From Mobula hypostoma (lineage: Eukaryota), in the NCBI RefSeq assembly GCF_963921235.1, contig NC_086108.1:7254001-7318000 (forward strand): a stretch of 64,000 bases of DNA, written 5' to 3'. Positions 51,721 to 63,697 of this stretch are shown here, one piece after another; position 1 is the stretch's first letter; each line of letters begins with the position of its first letter. Both the position numbers and the translations under genes were made by a program. The notes under the pieces were generated by a model. That model saw nothing but the letters and a program-made list of their open reading frames with translations. It was not told where the DNA came from and searched no databases.

Positions 51721-51770
51721 TCGAAAGTATGGGCACTCACCACCCCACCACAAAGCAAAAACAAACATAC

Positions 51771-51958
51771 ATAGATTCTGTCTTCTCAGCGTCCCACTCG
51801 CGTCTCCACTGCCCCGTAGCGTTGCGATGCCGAGCCAACCTCTCCTGGTCAATCTGTTCTCGTTCCTTCTTCCAGCGCATATACTCCGCTCTCTCCCGTC
51901 CGGTCATGGAGAGGGTCATGTCCACCCTGCTATGGTCCTTGGCACCAGAGTGCCTGCC
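51771..51958 (-). CDS. CCDC9: CCDC9 coding exon B, GRHSGAKDHSRVDMTLSMTGRERAEYMRWKKEREQIDQERLARHRNATGQWRREWDAEKTES(M)
   Basis: Acceptor cccttctcag|GGC and donor AT|gtatgt; 188 nt, phase 0-2. Hallmark CCDC9-family motif MTGRER.EY.RWK.ERE.ID.ERL.RHR..TGQWRREWDAEK. Confidence 0.95.
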
Positions 51959-53255
51959 CTGAGAAGGGAACATCACACCACAGTTCAAACCAAAATTAGC
52001 TTTCTTTGTCACATGCACAGCATATTGAAACCTCCAGCGAAATGCGTCATTTGTGCCATCACTACATCACGGGTAAAGCCCTCCCAACCACTGAGCACAT
52101 CTACATGAAACCCTGTCGTAAGAAAGCAGCATCCATCACCAGAGATCCCCACCACCCAGGCCATGCTCTCTTCTCACTGCTGCCATCAGGTAGAAGGTAC
52201 AAGAGCCTCAGGACTCACACCACCAGGATCAAGAACAGTTACTACCCCTCAAACGTCAGGCTCTTGAATAAAAGGTGATAACTACACTCACTTGCCCCAT
52301 CATTGAGATATTCCCACAACCAATGATCTCACTTTAAGGATTCTTTATCTCATTATCTCATGTTCTCATTACTTATTGCTATTTATTTATATTTGCATTT
52401 GCACAATTTGTTGTCTTCTGCACTCTGCTAGATCTTTCATTCATCCTGTTATAGTTACTATTCTATAGATTTGTTGAGTATGCCTGCAGGAAAATGAATC
52501 CCAGGGTTGGATATGGTGATATCCATGAACATTTACAAACGGTTTGTGGAATGAATCTTACTTTGAACTCTGTAGACTACCATTAGAACATAGCAGAATG
52601 AGCAGAAATTTGACAGAAGTACACAAAATTATGATGCGTTTCGACAGGTAAATGGAAGGTTCCCCCCCTCCCCACCGCCACACAGAGGTTAGGTGAAACT
52701 AGAAATAAAGGTCATGTGTTAAGATGAAATGTGAAACGTTTAAGGGAAACATGAGAGGGGTAATTCTTCACTCCAATGAACAAAGTTCTAAGCTGCCCTA
52801 CATCTCCCTATAGACTAGACTAGATGGGCCGAAGGACCTGTTTCTGAGCTGGATATTTCTATGACATCTATTGCTTAGGCCTTTAAGCCTGGCTGGTTAG
52901 TGGAGTAAACTGTACTTTACTGAACCTTCCTCATAATCAGATCTTTCTTGAGAACGGTGCCTTTTATTGAAAAATTGCTCTTTATGAATCTCAAAGTATT
53001 ATTATGGAAGTATTTACATATAATATAGACTTGAGATTTGTCTGCTTACAGGCAGCCACAAAACAAGGAAACCCGAAAGAACTCACTCAAAAAAAAACAA
53101 GATCCAATGTGCAGAGAAAGAAAAAACACACAAATCATGCAATCAATAAAAGCGAGCAAACAGCCTTCAGAACGAATGCTGGTTGTCCATAAGACACGAA
53201 GCCATAATAGGCCCACAGCCTCAGCTCATCTTCTCAGTTCATTTTCTTTGACAAA

Positions 53256-53495
53256 CATACAGCACCCTGATCACAGTGTATTCCAGTACCATCTCCAAGA
53301 TACCAAACACCTAGTTCACAGTGTACCCCGATACCATCCCAGAAACACCAAACACCCAGATCACAGTGTACCCCAATACATTCCTGGAAACACCATAACA
53401 CCATACACCTAGATCACAGTGTACCCCGATACTACCCCAGAAATACCGAACATCCAGATCAGTGTACTCCCATACCATCTCCGAAACACCAAACA
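53256..53495. repeat. Degenerate ~44-bp minisatellite (~5 copies)
   Basis: Recurring gatcacagtgtacccc..tacca...gaaacaccaaaca. Confidence 0.85.
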
Positions 53496-53561
53496 GAGTT
53501 AATTGCACACCAGACAATGCTGATTAACATTCATACTGGGTGTCTGGAATGTGAAAGCATA

Positions 53562-53785
53562 TGTAATTCAAAGGAAGCATTGTAGATACATTGTGACTCT
53601 GGAATTGTCCTGCTGTTAGCTTTAATCTAGAGCACATAAAAATGTCATATAATATTGGGTCAGGAGGCCTTTTCTTCCAAGAGTGTCTCAATATGATGCC
53701 TGTTGCTCGTTTTTGTTGAATAAAACACTTGTATATCCATTAGCTTCAGTGTCTCTCCAGTGACTTTGTTATAGTGCCGGTAACA
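53562..53785 (+). mobile_element. Possible solo LTR
   Basis: TGTAA...TAACA ends and internal AATAAA; no clear TSD. Confidence 0.3.
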
Positions 53786-54399
53786 TACATAAACGTGCAC
53801 CTCACAATGTATGTCAACCAGTCAGTCTCCAGGCCATACTACTCAGGGGACTTGTGCAAATATTATTTTGTGACTGTCGGAGCCAAGTATCTGTTCTCTC
53901 TTTGCATTGCATTCTGTGATGTGCGTTTATTATTGTAAATAGTCACGAGTGGGACTTGGTCATAGCGAAGGGAATAAGTTACGTATTCGTGCTTGGCTTT
54001 GTGCAGTTTGCAGCTGGGGACTGACGGATGTTGCATCTTTTGTTGGCCACTCAATTGCACGTAACGTTTACTAATTGCTAATAAAGGATCGAATACATAT
54101 CTCCGACTTTTAGAACAATCATTACTGGAGTCGAGGGCACGTCTGACAAGTATAAGAAATCTATGGGGGGTCAACAGCATCTCCGGTTGGTTAGAACTGG
54201 CTGCTGCAGTGACTATGTGCTAGATCATAACTGTGTGACTTTTACGTGCTGTTCTGCACCTTGGCCCCAATGGAACAATACATGTCAATGGTTTAATGAC
54301 AATAAACTTGAACTAAAAGTCCCTAATGTATCAGCCTCAAGTTGAAAGACACGCTACTCTAGAAAAGAATCTCATTTGGATTCTGGGCATGGGCGTACA

Positions 54400-55200
54400 G
54401 AAGCAAGATATATCAGCTAGTTGAGTGGTGTCCCAACAACAACCTTGCACTCAATGTCAGTAAGGCTAAAGAACTGATTGTGGACTTCAGAAGGGTAAGA
54501 TGAGGGAACACTCACAAGTGCTCAGAAGGATCAGAAGTGGAAAGAGTGAGCAATTTCAAGTTCCTGGGTGTCAAGATCTCTGAGGATCAACCTGGACCCA
54601 ACATACTATGCAGCTACAAAGAAAGCATAACCATGGCTATATTTCATTGGGAGTTCGAGGAGACTTGGTTTGTCACCAAAGACACTCGCAAATTTCTGCA
54701 GATGTACCGTGGAGAGCATTCTGACTGACTGCATCACCGTCAGGTATGGGAAGTGGGGCCACTGCACAGGATCGAAGTAAGCTGCAGAGAATTGTGAACT
54801 TAGTCATCTCCATCAAGTGCACCAGCCTCCGTGGTATCCAGGTCATCTTTAAGGAGCGATGCCTGAAAAAGGCAGCATCTATCACTAAGGACCTACATCA
54901 CCCAGGACACAGCCTCTCCGATTGCCACCGTCAGGAAGGAGGTACAGGAGCCTGAAATCACACACGCAACAACTCAGGAACAGCTTCTTCCCCTCTGCTA
55001 TCTGATTTCTGAATAGATATTGAGCCCATGACACTACCTCACTACTTTTATTTCTATTTTTGCACTACTTATTTAATGTAACTATTCAATGTACAGTAAT
55101 TCACAGTTTTTTCCTGTTATGTATTGCAATGTACTGCTGCCACAAAGACAACAAATTTCATGATATATGCTGGTGATATTAAACCTGATCCTGATTCTGA
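54400..55200 (+). mobile_element. Rex1/Babar-like LINE fragment; related pieces at 1-200, 1727-2000, 3347-3690, 30020-30275, 50905-51190, 52060-52570, 56450-56805
   Basis: NNLALNV.K.KELIVDFR, ERVSNFKFLGV and RNSFFPSAI remnants; gattct tail. Confidence 0.8.
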
Positions 55201-55653
55201 AACATAACTATGAAAGCAAACATTCCTTTATTTAATGCTGTGAGATTTTCTACAACAAATGCACTCAGCCAGTGCTCCCAACCTGTGGTCCACAGATCCC
55301 TCGGTTGATGGTAAGGCTCCGAGGCATAAAAAAGGTTGGGAACCCCTGCTTCTAGGCCCTATTTCAGAAATCTGTGAATTTTAGTATTTTTTTTTCATTC
55401 CAGATCTTAGCATTTCACATCCTCCCGCCTCACAGACCTCTTTAAATCCACCCAGTATATTGAAGGTGCTCTGACTTATCTACAGCAAAAGGGCAGTACT
55501 TCTCATGAGGGATGGGACAACACGGAGCTGTGCTCAGAACGGTTCTTCCCACCTGTTGGGCATAACTGGGAACTTATATTCCAAATTTATAAATTCATGC
55601 CTGCATTTCAAAGCCACGGACGGTGGACAGGCCAAGTCAACCCCAAGCCTTAC

Positions 55654-55824
55654 CCGTTGGTCCTTGCCACGGTCAAGCCCGGTCTTCACTTTGTCGAAGT
55701 CGGGCCCGCCCCAGTTGCGCACGTGTCGGCGGCTGCCGTCCTTCCTGTCGCCGTCGGGAAGGGAGCCCAGACGTCGCGGGTCATCCAGGAAGTTCCGCAT
55801 GGGGTTTCTCTCCCCAGTGCCATC
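55654..55824 (-). CDS. CCDC9: CCDC9 coding exon A (first exon found in window), DGTGERNPMRNFLDDPRR...RNWGGPDFDKVKTGLDRGKDQR
   Basis: Acceptor ttcttgttttcaag|GAT and donor CGG|gtaagg; 171 nt, phase 0-0. NFLDDPRR and RNWGGPDF match vertebrate CCDC9 as I recall it. Confidence 0.92.
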
Positions 55825-56132
55825 CTTGAAAACAAGAATTTGGGTCCATTTTTTAGTTCATTGAAATAGAGCCATCCAATAACCTAGAAAATTCAAAACA
55901 TTAGAAAAAGGTCCTACAATCCAACTCATCCATATCGACTCTAATGCCCAGTGAAGTAATCCTCTCTGCCCATGTTTGGCCCATCCTATCCTATCCCACC
56001 CCACTAAGCCTCTCCTGTTCATGTACTTCTCTGAATGGCTTTGAAATAGAGGCATGACTTTATTAATTTGGAATATAAATTTACGATCAGGTAATGGTCA
56101 GAAACAGAAGCAGGGTTAGTATTGCTGACCTA

Positions 56133-56445
56133 CAGAGCTGTGCAAAAGTCTTAGGCACATATACCTAGCCCAAGACTTTTGCACAGTACTGTAGCAATTT
56201 TAGTTATTGCACTGTACTGCTGCTGCTACAAAAATGGGTCTCTATTGTCGACAGATAGTGGGAAGGGGGCAGGGAGAGGAGAATCACGGTCGAGAAAAGG
56301 AGAAGGGATGGGGAGAGAGTGGGAAGCACCAGAGAGATATTCTGTAACGATCAATAAACCAATTATTTGGGATCAAATGACTTTGCGTGGCATCTCAGGG
56401 CTGGGTGTGTCTGCACTCGTGCCATCCTCCTCCTCTGCCCCTGCA
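56133..56445. mobile_element. Truncated copy of the same Tc1-derived MITE
   Basis: tgtgcaaaagtcttaggcac and the internal purine-rich segment shared with the 36288 copy. Confidence 0.7.
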
Positions 56446-57164
56446 CTATGTTTCATTAGGAGTTTCAGGAGGTTTGATATCTTACCAAAAACACTCGAAA
56501 ATTTCTAGATGTACCATGGAGAGCGTTCTAACTGGCTGCATCACTGTCTAGTATGGGGATTGGGGATACACAGGATCAAAATAAGCTACAGACAGCTGTA
56601 AGCTCAGTCAGCTCCATCGTGGGTACTAGCCTCTGTTGTATCCAATAACATCTTCAAGCAGCGATGCCTCAAAAAGGCGCCATCCATCATTAAGGACCCC
56701 CATCACCCAGGACATGCCCTCTTCTCATTGCTACCATCAGGAAGGAAGTACAGAAGCCTGAAGACACACACTCAATGATTCAGGAACAGCTTCTTCCCCT
56801 CTGCCAAGCAATTACAGAAACACAAGTTCCTCAACTCTAACCATTAAGAAGATAACTGTATCTCTGATGGGGGAGAACTAGCTCTGGTCTACTGCTGCAA
56901 GATTATTTTCTCTTCAGATAATAACAGAAAAAACAAGACAGGAGATAATTAAATCTAAAAAAGGGCCGTTGACAATCTGACAGAAATACTGCACAGCAAC
57001 GCAGAGTCGGGAACACCTCCACAGCAGGAGGGCTTATTAAACACAGCTGTGTGTCGGTTAATAAAGACACTCACTCTCTCTCTGGAGACACCAATCACAG
57101 TCCTTCAGGAAGTGATAGGCAGTATCCGAGCATCCCCATCCCCTGATCACTTCCCAAGTTCCCA

Positions 57165-59420
57165 TGAAAGGGTTAACGAACGGAGAGCATTTGATGGCTC
57201 TGAGCCTGTGCCTGCTGGAGGGGAGGGGGAGTGGAGGATCTCACTGGAACCAATCGAATATTGAACGGCTTAGATAGGGTAGATGTGGATAGGATGTTTC
57301 CTTTAGTGTGAGAGTCTAGGATCAGAGGGAACTACCTCAAGGTAGAGTGACGTCCATTTCATAGTCATAGTCATACTTTATTAATCCCGGGGGAAATTGG
57401 TTTTCGTTACAGTTGCTCCATAAATAATAAATAGTAATAGAACCATAAATAATTAAAATAGCAATATGTAAATTATGCCAGTAAATTATGAAATAAGTCC
57501 AGGACCAGCCTATCGGCTCAGGGTGTCTGACCCTCCAAGGGAGGAGTTGTAAGGTTTGATGGCCACAGGCAGGAATGACTTCCCATGACGCTCTGTGTTG
57601 CATCTCGATGAAATGAGTCTCTGGCTGAATGTACTCCTGTGCCCACCCAGTACATTATATAGTGGATGGGAGACATTGTCCAAGATGGCATGCAACTTGG
57701 ACAGCATCCCCTTTTCAGACACCACCGTGAGAGAGTCCAGTTCCATCCCCACAACATCACTGGCCTTACGAATGAGTTTGTTGATTCTGTTGGTGTCTGC
57801 TACCCTCAGCCTGCTGCCCCAGCACACAACAGCAAACATGATCGCACTGGCCACCACAGACTCGTAGAACATCCTCAGCATCGTCCAGCAGATGCTAAAG
57901 GACCCCATTTGGAACAGGAATGAGGAGGAATTTCTTTAGCCAGAAAGTAGAGATCTACAGAACTCACTGTCACAGATGGTTTTGGAGGCCAAATGATTGG
58001 GTATATTTAAAGTGGACATTGTTAGATTCTTGATTAGTCAGGGTGTCAAAGGGAGAAGAATGGAGTTGGGGGGGGGAGGTAATAAAATCAGACGGCCTGC
58101 AGATAGTGAACACCAAGCTGAACTGAAATATGTCTTCTGTATTTTATATCCTGATTCAATTCTTCCAGTCATCCCAACTCCCCTGCCTTCCCCCATACCC
58201 TTTAATGACCTGGCTAATCAAGAACCTATCTATCTCTGCCTTAAATACACCCAATGACTTGACCTCCACAGCCGCTCATGGTAACAAATTCTACAGATTT
58301 ACCACCCTCTGACTAAAGTAATTTCTCCGCATCTCAGTTCTAAATGGAAGTCCTTCAATCCTGAAGTCATGCCCTCTTGCCCTAGACTCCCCTATCATGG
58401 GAATCAACTTTGCCATATCTAATCTGTTCAGGCCTTTTAACATTCAGAATGTTTCTATGAGATCCCCCCCTCATTCTCCTGAACTCCAGGGAATACAGCC
58501 CAAGAGCTGCCAGGCATTCCTCATACGCTAACCCTTTCATTCCTGGAATCATTCTTGTGAATCTTCTCTGAACCCTCTCCAATGTCAGTATATCCTTTCT
58601 AAAATAAGGAACCCAAAACTGCACACTATACTCCAACTGTGGTCTCACGAGTGCCTTATAGAGCTTCAACATCGCATCTCTGCTCTTATATTCTATACCT
58701 CTAGAACTGAATACCAACATTGCATTCGCCTTCTTTACCACTGACTCAACCTGGAGATTAACCTTTAGGGTATTCTGCATAAGGACTCCCAAGTCCCTTT
58801 GCATCCCTGCATTTTGAATCTCAGTTCAAATCTTTGGTCTGCTTTGCTAAGAAATAATATTCTTGGGATATTAGGTTGAAATGTTATGTTGATAAGACAT
58901 TGGTGAGGTCTAATTTGGAGTATTGTGAGTAGTTTTGTTCACCTACCTACAGGAAAGATGTAAATATGATTGAAAGAGTACAGAGAAAATTCACAAGGAT
59001 GTTGCCAGGTCTGGAGGATCTGAGCTATAAGGAAAGATTGAATAGATTAAGACTTTATTCCTTGGAATGTAGAAGATGGAAAAGGAGGCTTGATTGAGGT
59101 ATACAAATTATGAGAGGTATAGACAGGCTAAATGCAAACAGACTTTTTCCACTGTGGTTTGGGTGGGACTACAACCAGAGGTCATAGGTTAAGGATGAAA
59201 GGTGAAAAGTTTATGGGAAACATGAGGGGAAACTTCTTCACTCAGAGGGTCATGAGAGTGTGGAACGAGCTGCCAGTGTAAGTGGTACATTCAGTCTCGA
59301 TTTCAGCGTCCAGCACAAGTTTGGATTGGTATATGGATGGTAGAGATATGGAGAGGTATGGTCCTGGTGTACTTCGATGGGAGTGGGCACTTTAAGTGGC
59401 TTGGCACAGACTGGATGGGC
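57165..59420. mobile_element. Cluster of CR1 fragments (57165-58070 plus, 58170-58820 minus, 58880-59420 plus)
   Basis: ORF 58382-58804 and CR1 3' UTRs. Confidence 0.85.
57360..57904 (-). mobile_element. Young Rex1/Babar-like LINE 3' fragment
   Basis: Open ORF 57510-57908 (FYESVVASAIMFAVVCWG...SHPL...SFLPVAI); (GACTAT)n tail; TSD ccattt within CR1. Confidence 0.85.
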
Positions 59421-61015
59421 CTCCAGGTGTTGCCATAAAGGAACAGAGACGACGGGCTTTCTGTATTAGAGGTTGAGCAGAGCGGGATTTATAATCTTTG
59501 GAAGTTAGGAGAGAAATCTGACAAGGAGACCTCACTGAAATCCACAGAATTCTTACAGGATGGACGTAGAAGGGACACTTCCTACGGCTGAGGGGTTTAG
59601 GACTAGGAACGGGGCCAGAGCAAGACATTTAGGGCAGAGGTGAGGAAACATCTCTTCGCTCAGATTGGTGAACCTTTGGAGTTTTGACCCCCCCCCCCCC
59701 GCCACCAAAAAGGGCTGCAGAGACCCAGTCATGGTTTCCATTATAGGTTCGGAGACTTCAGGACATACCGCGCCCCAACAAATCCCCACCATTCAGAATT
59801 GGCTATCAATTTAAAAGTGATAATTGAGTTGGCATGCAAATGGAATTTATTCACCTGAGGGGCAGACTTCAAATGAAGATGGTTTTAAAAAAAAAGATTA
59901 TATATAAAAAAAACACAAAATGAACTCTGAGCAACGCACACAAAATGCTGGAGCAATTCAGCAGGCCAGGCATCTATGGAAAAGAGTACAGTCGATATTT
60001 CGGACTGAGACCTTTCAACACAGTTACGACCCCGGTGACCACAGGTTCAATTCTTGCCACTGTCAGTGAGGAGTTTGTACATTCTCCCTGTGGCCGCATG
60101 GATTTCCTCCAGGTGCTCCGGTTTCCTCCCACATTCCAAAGATATACAGGTTAGGAGGATAATTGGTCACATGGGTGTATTTAGGCAGCGCAGGCTTGGG
60201 CCAGCAGGGCCTGTTACCATCACCACAAAACAAAGTGAACTGCACGCTCAGCAATGTGGGAAGAGGAATGGTCCGGTTTGACTTCACACGGAGAATGACT
60301 GAGCTCAGGAGGAAGTGCAAAACCTTTCTCAAAAAGAGACAGGGTTGAGTTCCAACAGCGTCCCCAAGGGCCCCCTCTCTACCATCCAGAAGAAAAAGGA
60401 AGGGGTGCCTCTCCAGGTTACACACCCCAATCTGGGAATATAATTGTCCCTTCCTGCCCAAGGGTGGTAGATGTAGGCTTCATTTTCTACATCTCCTCAC
60501 TTTCTCCCTCCCTCCATCTTGACTGCATGTTACAGGAGCACCATTCAGAGCGCCCTGACAGGTTGCATCTCCATCTGGTCTGGGAGCAGCAGAACATCAG
60601 ACCGGAAGTCCCTACAAAGGCCTGTAAGAATGGCCAAGAGGATCATAAGGGTCTCCCTAGTATCCGCTGGGGACATTTATCAGGAGTGCTGTGTACACAG
60701 GGCCCTTAGTATTATCAAGGATCCCACCCACCCATCCAGCATTCTCGTTGACTTTCTACCATCAGGCAGGAGACTACGATGCATAAAGACAAGAACAGTT
60801 AGGATGGGAAACAGCTTCTTTCCTCAGGTCATTAGGCTTCTGAACTCCCTGCCGCATCGCATTCAAAGTGTCACTGGATAATCTGTTCTGTACCTGACAA
60901 TATTTAATATTAATGCACTTCAGTTTGTTATTTATGCAGGATTCATTTAAGTAATTGTGTTATGTGTACTACTTTGCTTTACACCCTGGTTTGAAGAAAC
61001 ATTGTCTTGTTTCTA

Positions 61016-62610
61016 CAAACCCCATTTCCAGAAAAGTTGGGATATTTTCCAAAATGCAATAAAAACAAAAACCTGTGATATGTTAATTCACGTGAACCTT
61101 TATTTAACTGACAAAAGTACAAAGAAAAGATTTTCAATAGTTTTACTGACCAACTTAATTGTATTTTGTCACAAATTTAGAATTTGATGGTTGCAACACA
61201 CTCAACAAAAGTTGGGACAGAGTTAAAATAAGATTGAAAAGTGCACAGAATATTCAAGTAACACCGGTCTGGAAGATTCCACATTAAGCAGGCTAATTGG
61301 TAGCAGGTGAGGTATCATGACTGGGTATAAAAGTAGCGTCCATCAAAGGCTCAGTCTTTGCAAGCAAGGATGGGTCATGGCTCACCCCTTTGTGCCAAAA
61401 TTCGTGAGAGAATTGTTAGTCAGTTCAAAAGGAACATTTCTCAATGCAAGATTGCAAAGAATTTAGGTCTTTCAACATCTACAGTACATAATATTGTGAA
61501 AAGATTCAGAGAATTCAGAGACATCTCAGTGCGTAAAGGGCAAGGTCGGAAACCACTGTTGAATGTGCGTGATCTTCGAGCCCTCAGGCAGCACTACCTA
61601 AGAAACCATCATGCTACTGTGACAACTATAGCCACCTGGGCTCGGGAGTACTTCGGAAAACCATTGTCACTCAACACAGTCCGTCGCTGCATCCAGAAAT
61701 GCAACTTGAAACTGTATTACGCAAGGAGGAAGCCATACATGAACACTATGCAGAAATGCCGGCGAGTTCTCTGGGCCCGAGCTCATCTCAGATGGACCGA
61801 AAGACTGTGGAACCGTGTGCTGTGGTCAGATGAGTCCACATTTCAGCTAGTTTTCGGAAAAAACGGGCGTCGAGTTCTCCATGCCAAAGATGAAAACGAC
61901 CATCCAGATTGTTATCAGTGAAAGGTGTAAAAGCCAGCATCTGTGATGGTATGGGGGTGCATCAGTGCCCACGGCATGGGTGAGTTTCATGTATGTGAAG
62001 GTACCATTGACTCTGAGGCATATATTAGGATTTTAGAGACATATGTTGCCACCAAGGCGACGTCTCTTCCTGGGACGTCCATGCTTATTTCAGCAGGACA
62101 ATGCCAGACCACATTCTGCAGGGGCTACAACAGCGTGGCTTTGTAGACACAGAGTGCGTGTGCTTGACTGGCCTGCTGCCAGTCCAGATCTATCTCCTAT
62201 CGAAAATGTATGGCGCATCATGAAGAGGAGAATCAGACAACAGAGACCACGGACTGTTGAGCAGCTGAAGTCTTATATCAAGCAAGAATGAACAAAATTT
62301 CTAATTGCAAATCTACTACAACTAGTATCCTCAGTTCCAAAACGATTAAAAAGTGTTATTAAAAGGAAAGGTGATGTAACACAATGGTAAACATGCCTCT
62401 GTCCCAACTTTTGTTGAGTGTGTTGCAGCCATCAAATTCTAAATTTGTGTATGTTTACAAAATACAATTAAGTTGGTCAGTAAAACTATAGAAAATCTTT
62501 TCTTTGTACTTTTGTCAGTTAAATAAAGGTTCACATGAATTAACATATCACAGATTTTTGTTTTTATTGCATTTTGGAAAATATCCCAACTTTTCTGGAA
62601 ATGGGGTTTG
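61016..62610 (+). mobile_element. Full-length Tc1-like DD34E transposon (IR/DR type), transposase disrupted
   Basis: TA TSD; ~205-215-bp TIRs (caaaccccatttccagaaaagttggga) with the internal repeat aaaagttggga; HTH region, WSDES, FQQDNARPH and SPDLSPIE with 34 residues between D and E. Confidence 0.95.
61370..62390 (+). pseudogene. Tc1 transposase pseudogene
   Basis: ORF pieces 61358-61921, 61943-62146 and 62043-62291; stops at 61919, 61928 and 62289, and a frameshift near 62040. Confidence 0.9.
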
Positions 62611-63367
62611 TATATACATTATATGGTTATATATGTTACATGCATGTATATAGTGAAATGACAATAAACTTGACTTGGCATGACTTGGTTAAGGATGGCT
62701 GCTGTGTAAAGTTGGACTGGAGGGCATCCAGGAAGAGCTAGAGCTAATTGGATGTACATTGGCTTGTTGGCAAGAGGCAGAGGCTGATGGAGGAAGCTTG
62801 AGTTTTTTTGGATTGGGAAACTGCGATTTGTAGTGTTCCCCAGGAGTTGGCGCCAAGAACATTGCTATGTGTCACCTACGTCAGTGAGAACGTACAAGGC
62901 ATCGGGGTGGCGGGGTGGAGGTGTGAGGTGCTCCTTCCCTCCGCTAGCCTGCAGGTCACCCTTGGGCAAGGTGTAGCACCTGCTTAGCCCCCTATTCAGG
63001 GTAACGTGAACCCATGGGAGCAAGTCGTATGAGCAGCTGGTGCATATCACAACTCCTGGTATGTGAAACCAGGCAGGCAGTCTCTGAAGAATATTGATAA
63101 GGCTGCAGTCACCTGCCTTGTAAAGACACTGCCCAGAAGGCGGCAATGGCAAACCACTTCTGTAGAAAAGTTTGCCATGAGCAATCATGGTCATGGAAAG
63201 TTGTCACATAACAATAAGGCATGGTCAGTAAATTTGCAGGGGCCATTAAAAGAGATGGTTTCATGGACAGTGAAGGTGGCTATCAGGGATTAATTAGAGG
63301 TCTTGATCTGCTGGGAAAGTGGGCCAAAGAATGGGAGATGCAGTTTAATTCAGGTAAGTGTAAGATG

Positions 63368-63697
63368 CAACTTTGATGTATGTTGCTTGAATTTCCAGCA
63401 TCTGCAGAATTCCCGTTGTTTGCGTTTAAATTCACTACTGCGAAGCCTCTTCCGGTGATGCCTACACCGAAGAAGTTTAGATCCTCTCTTCGACGGGAGT
63501 TCAGTGAAACCATCTCTCACTGCTCCCCATCTCTTTCAAATCCCTTACTCACTCTTCCTTCAGTTAGTCCTGACGAAGGGTCTCGGCCTGAAACGTCGAC
63601 TGCGCTTCTTCCTATAGATGCTGCCTGGCCTGCTGCATTCACCAGCAACTTTGATGTATGTTGCTTGAATTTCCAGCATCTGCAGAATTCCTGTTGT
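63368..63697 (+). mobile_element. Mini Penelope-derived, retrozyme-like element with terminal direct repeats and a hammerhead motif
   Basis: 13-bp TSD taagtgtaagatg (63355-63367, 63698-63710) inside a CR1 fragment; ~52-bp direct repeats starting at 63368 and 63646 (period 278); internal CUGACGA...GAAAC GUC motif. Confidence 0.85.
63566..63601 (+). ncRNA. Minimal type I hammerhead ribozyme motif
   Basis: AGUC-CUGACGA-AGG(GUCUCGG)CCU-GAAA-C-GUC|GACU: helix I 4 bp, helix II 3 bp, palindromic ACGU in place of helix III; predicted cleavage after 63597. Confidence 0.8.

Larger units (their letters stand above)
60530..62690 (+). mobile_element. Rex1/Babar-like LINE 3' fragment split by the Tc1 insertion
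   Basis: ORF 60519-60881; the 3' UTR resumes after 62612 and ends aataaacttgacttg. Confidence 0.8.
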
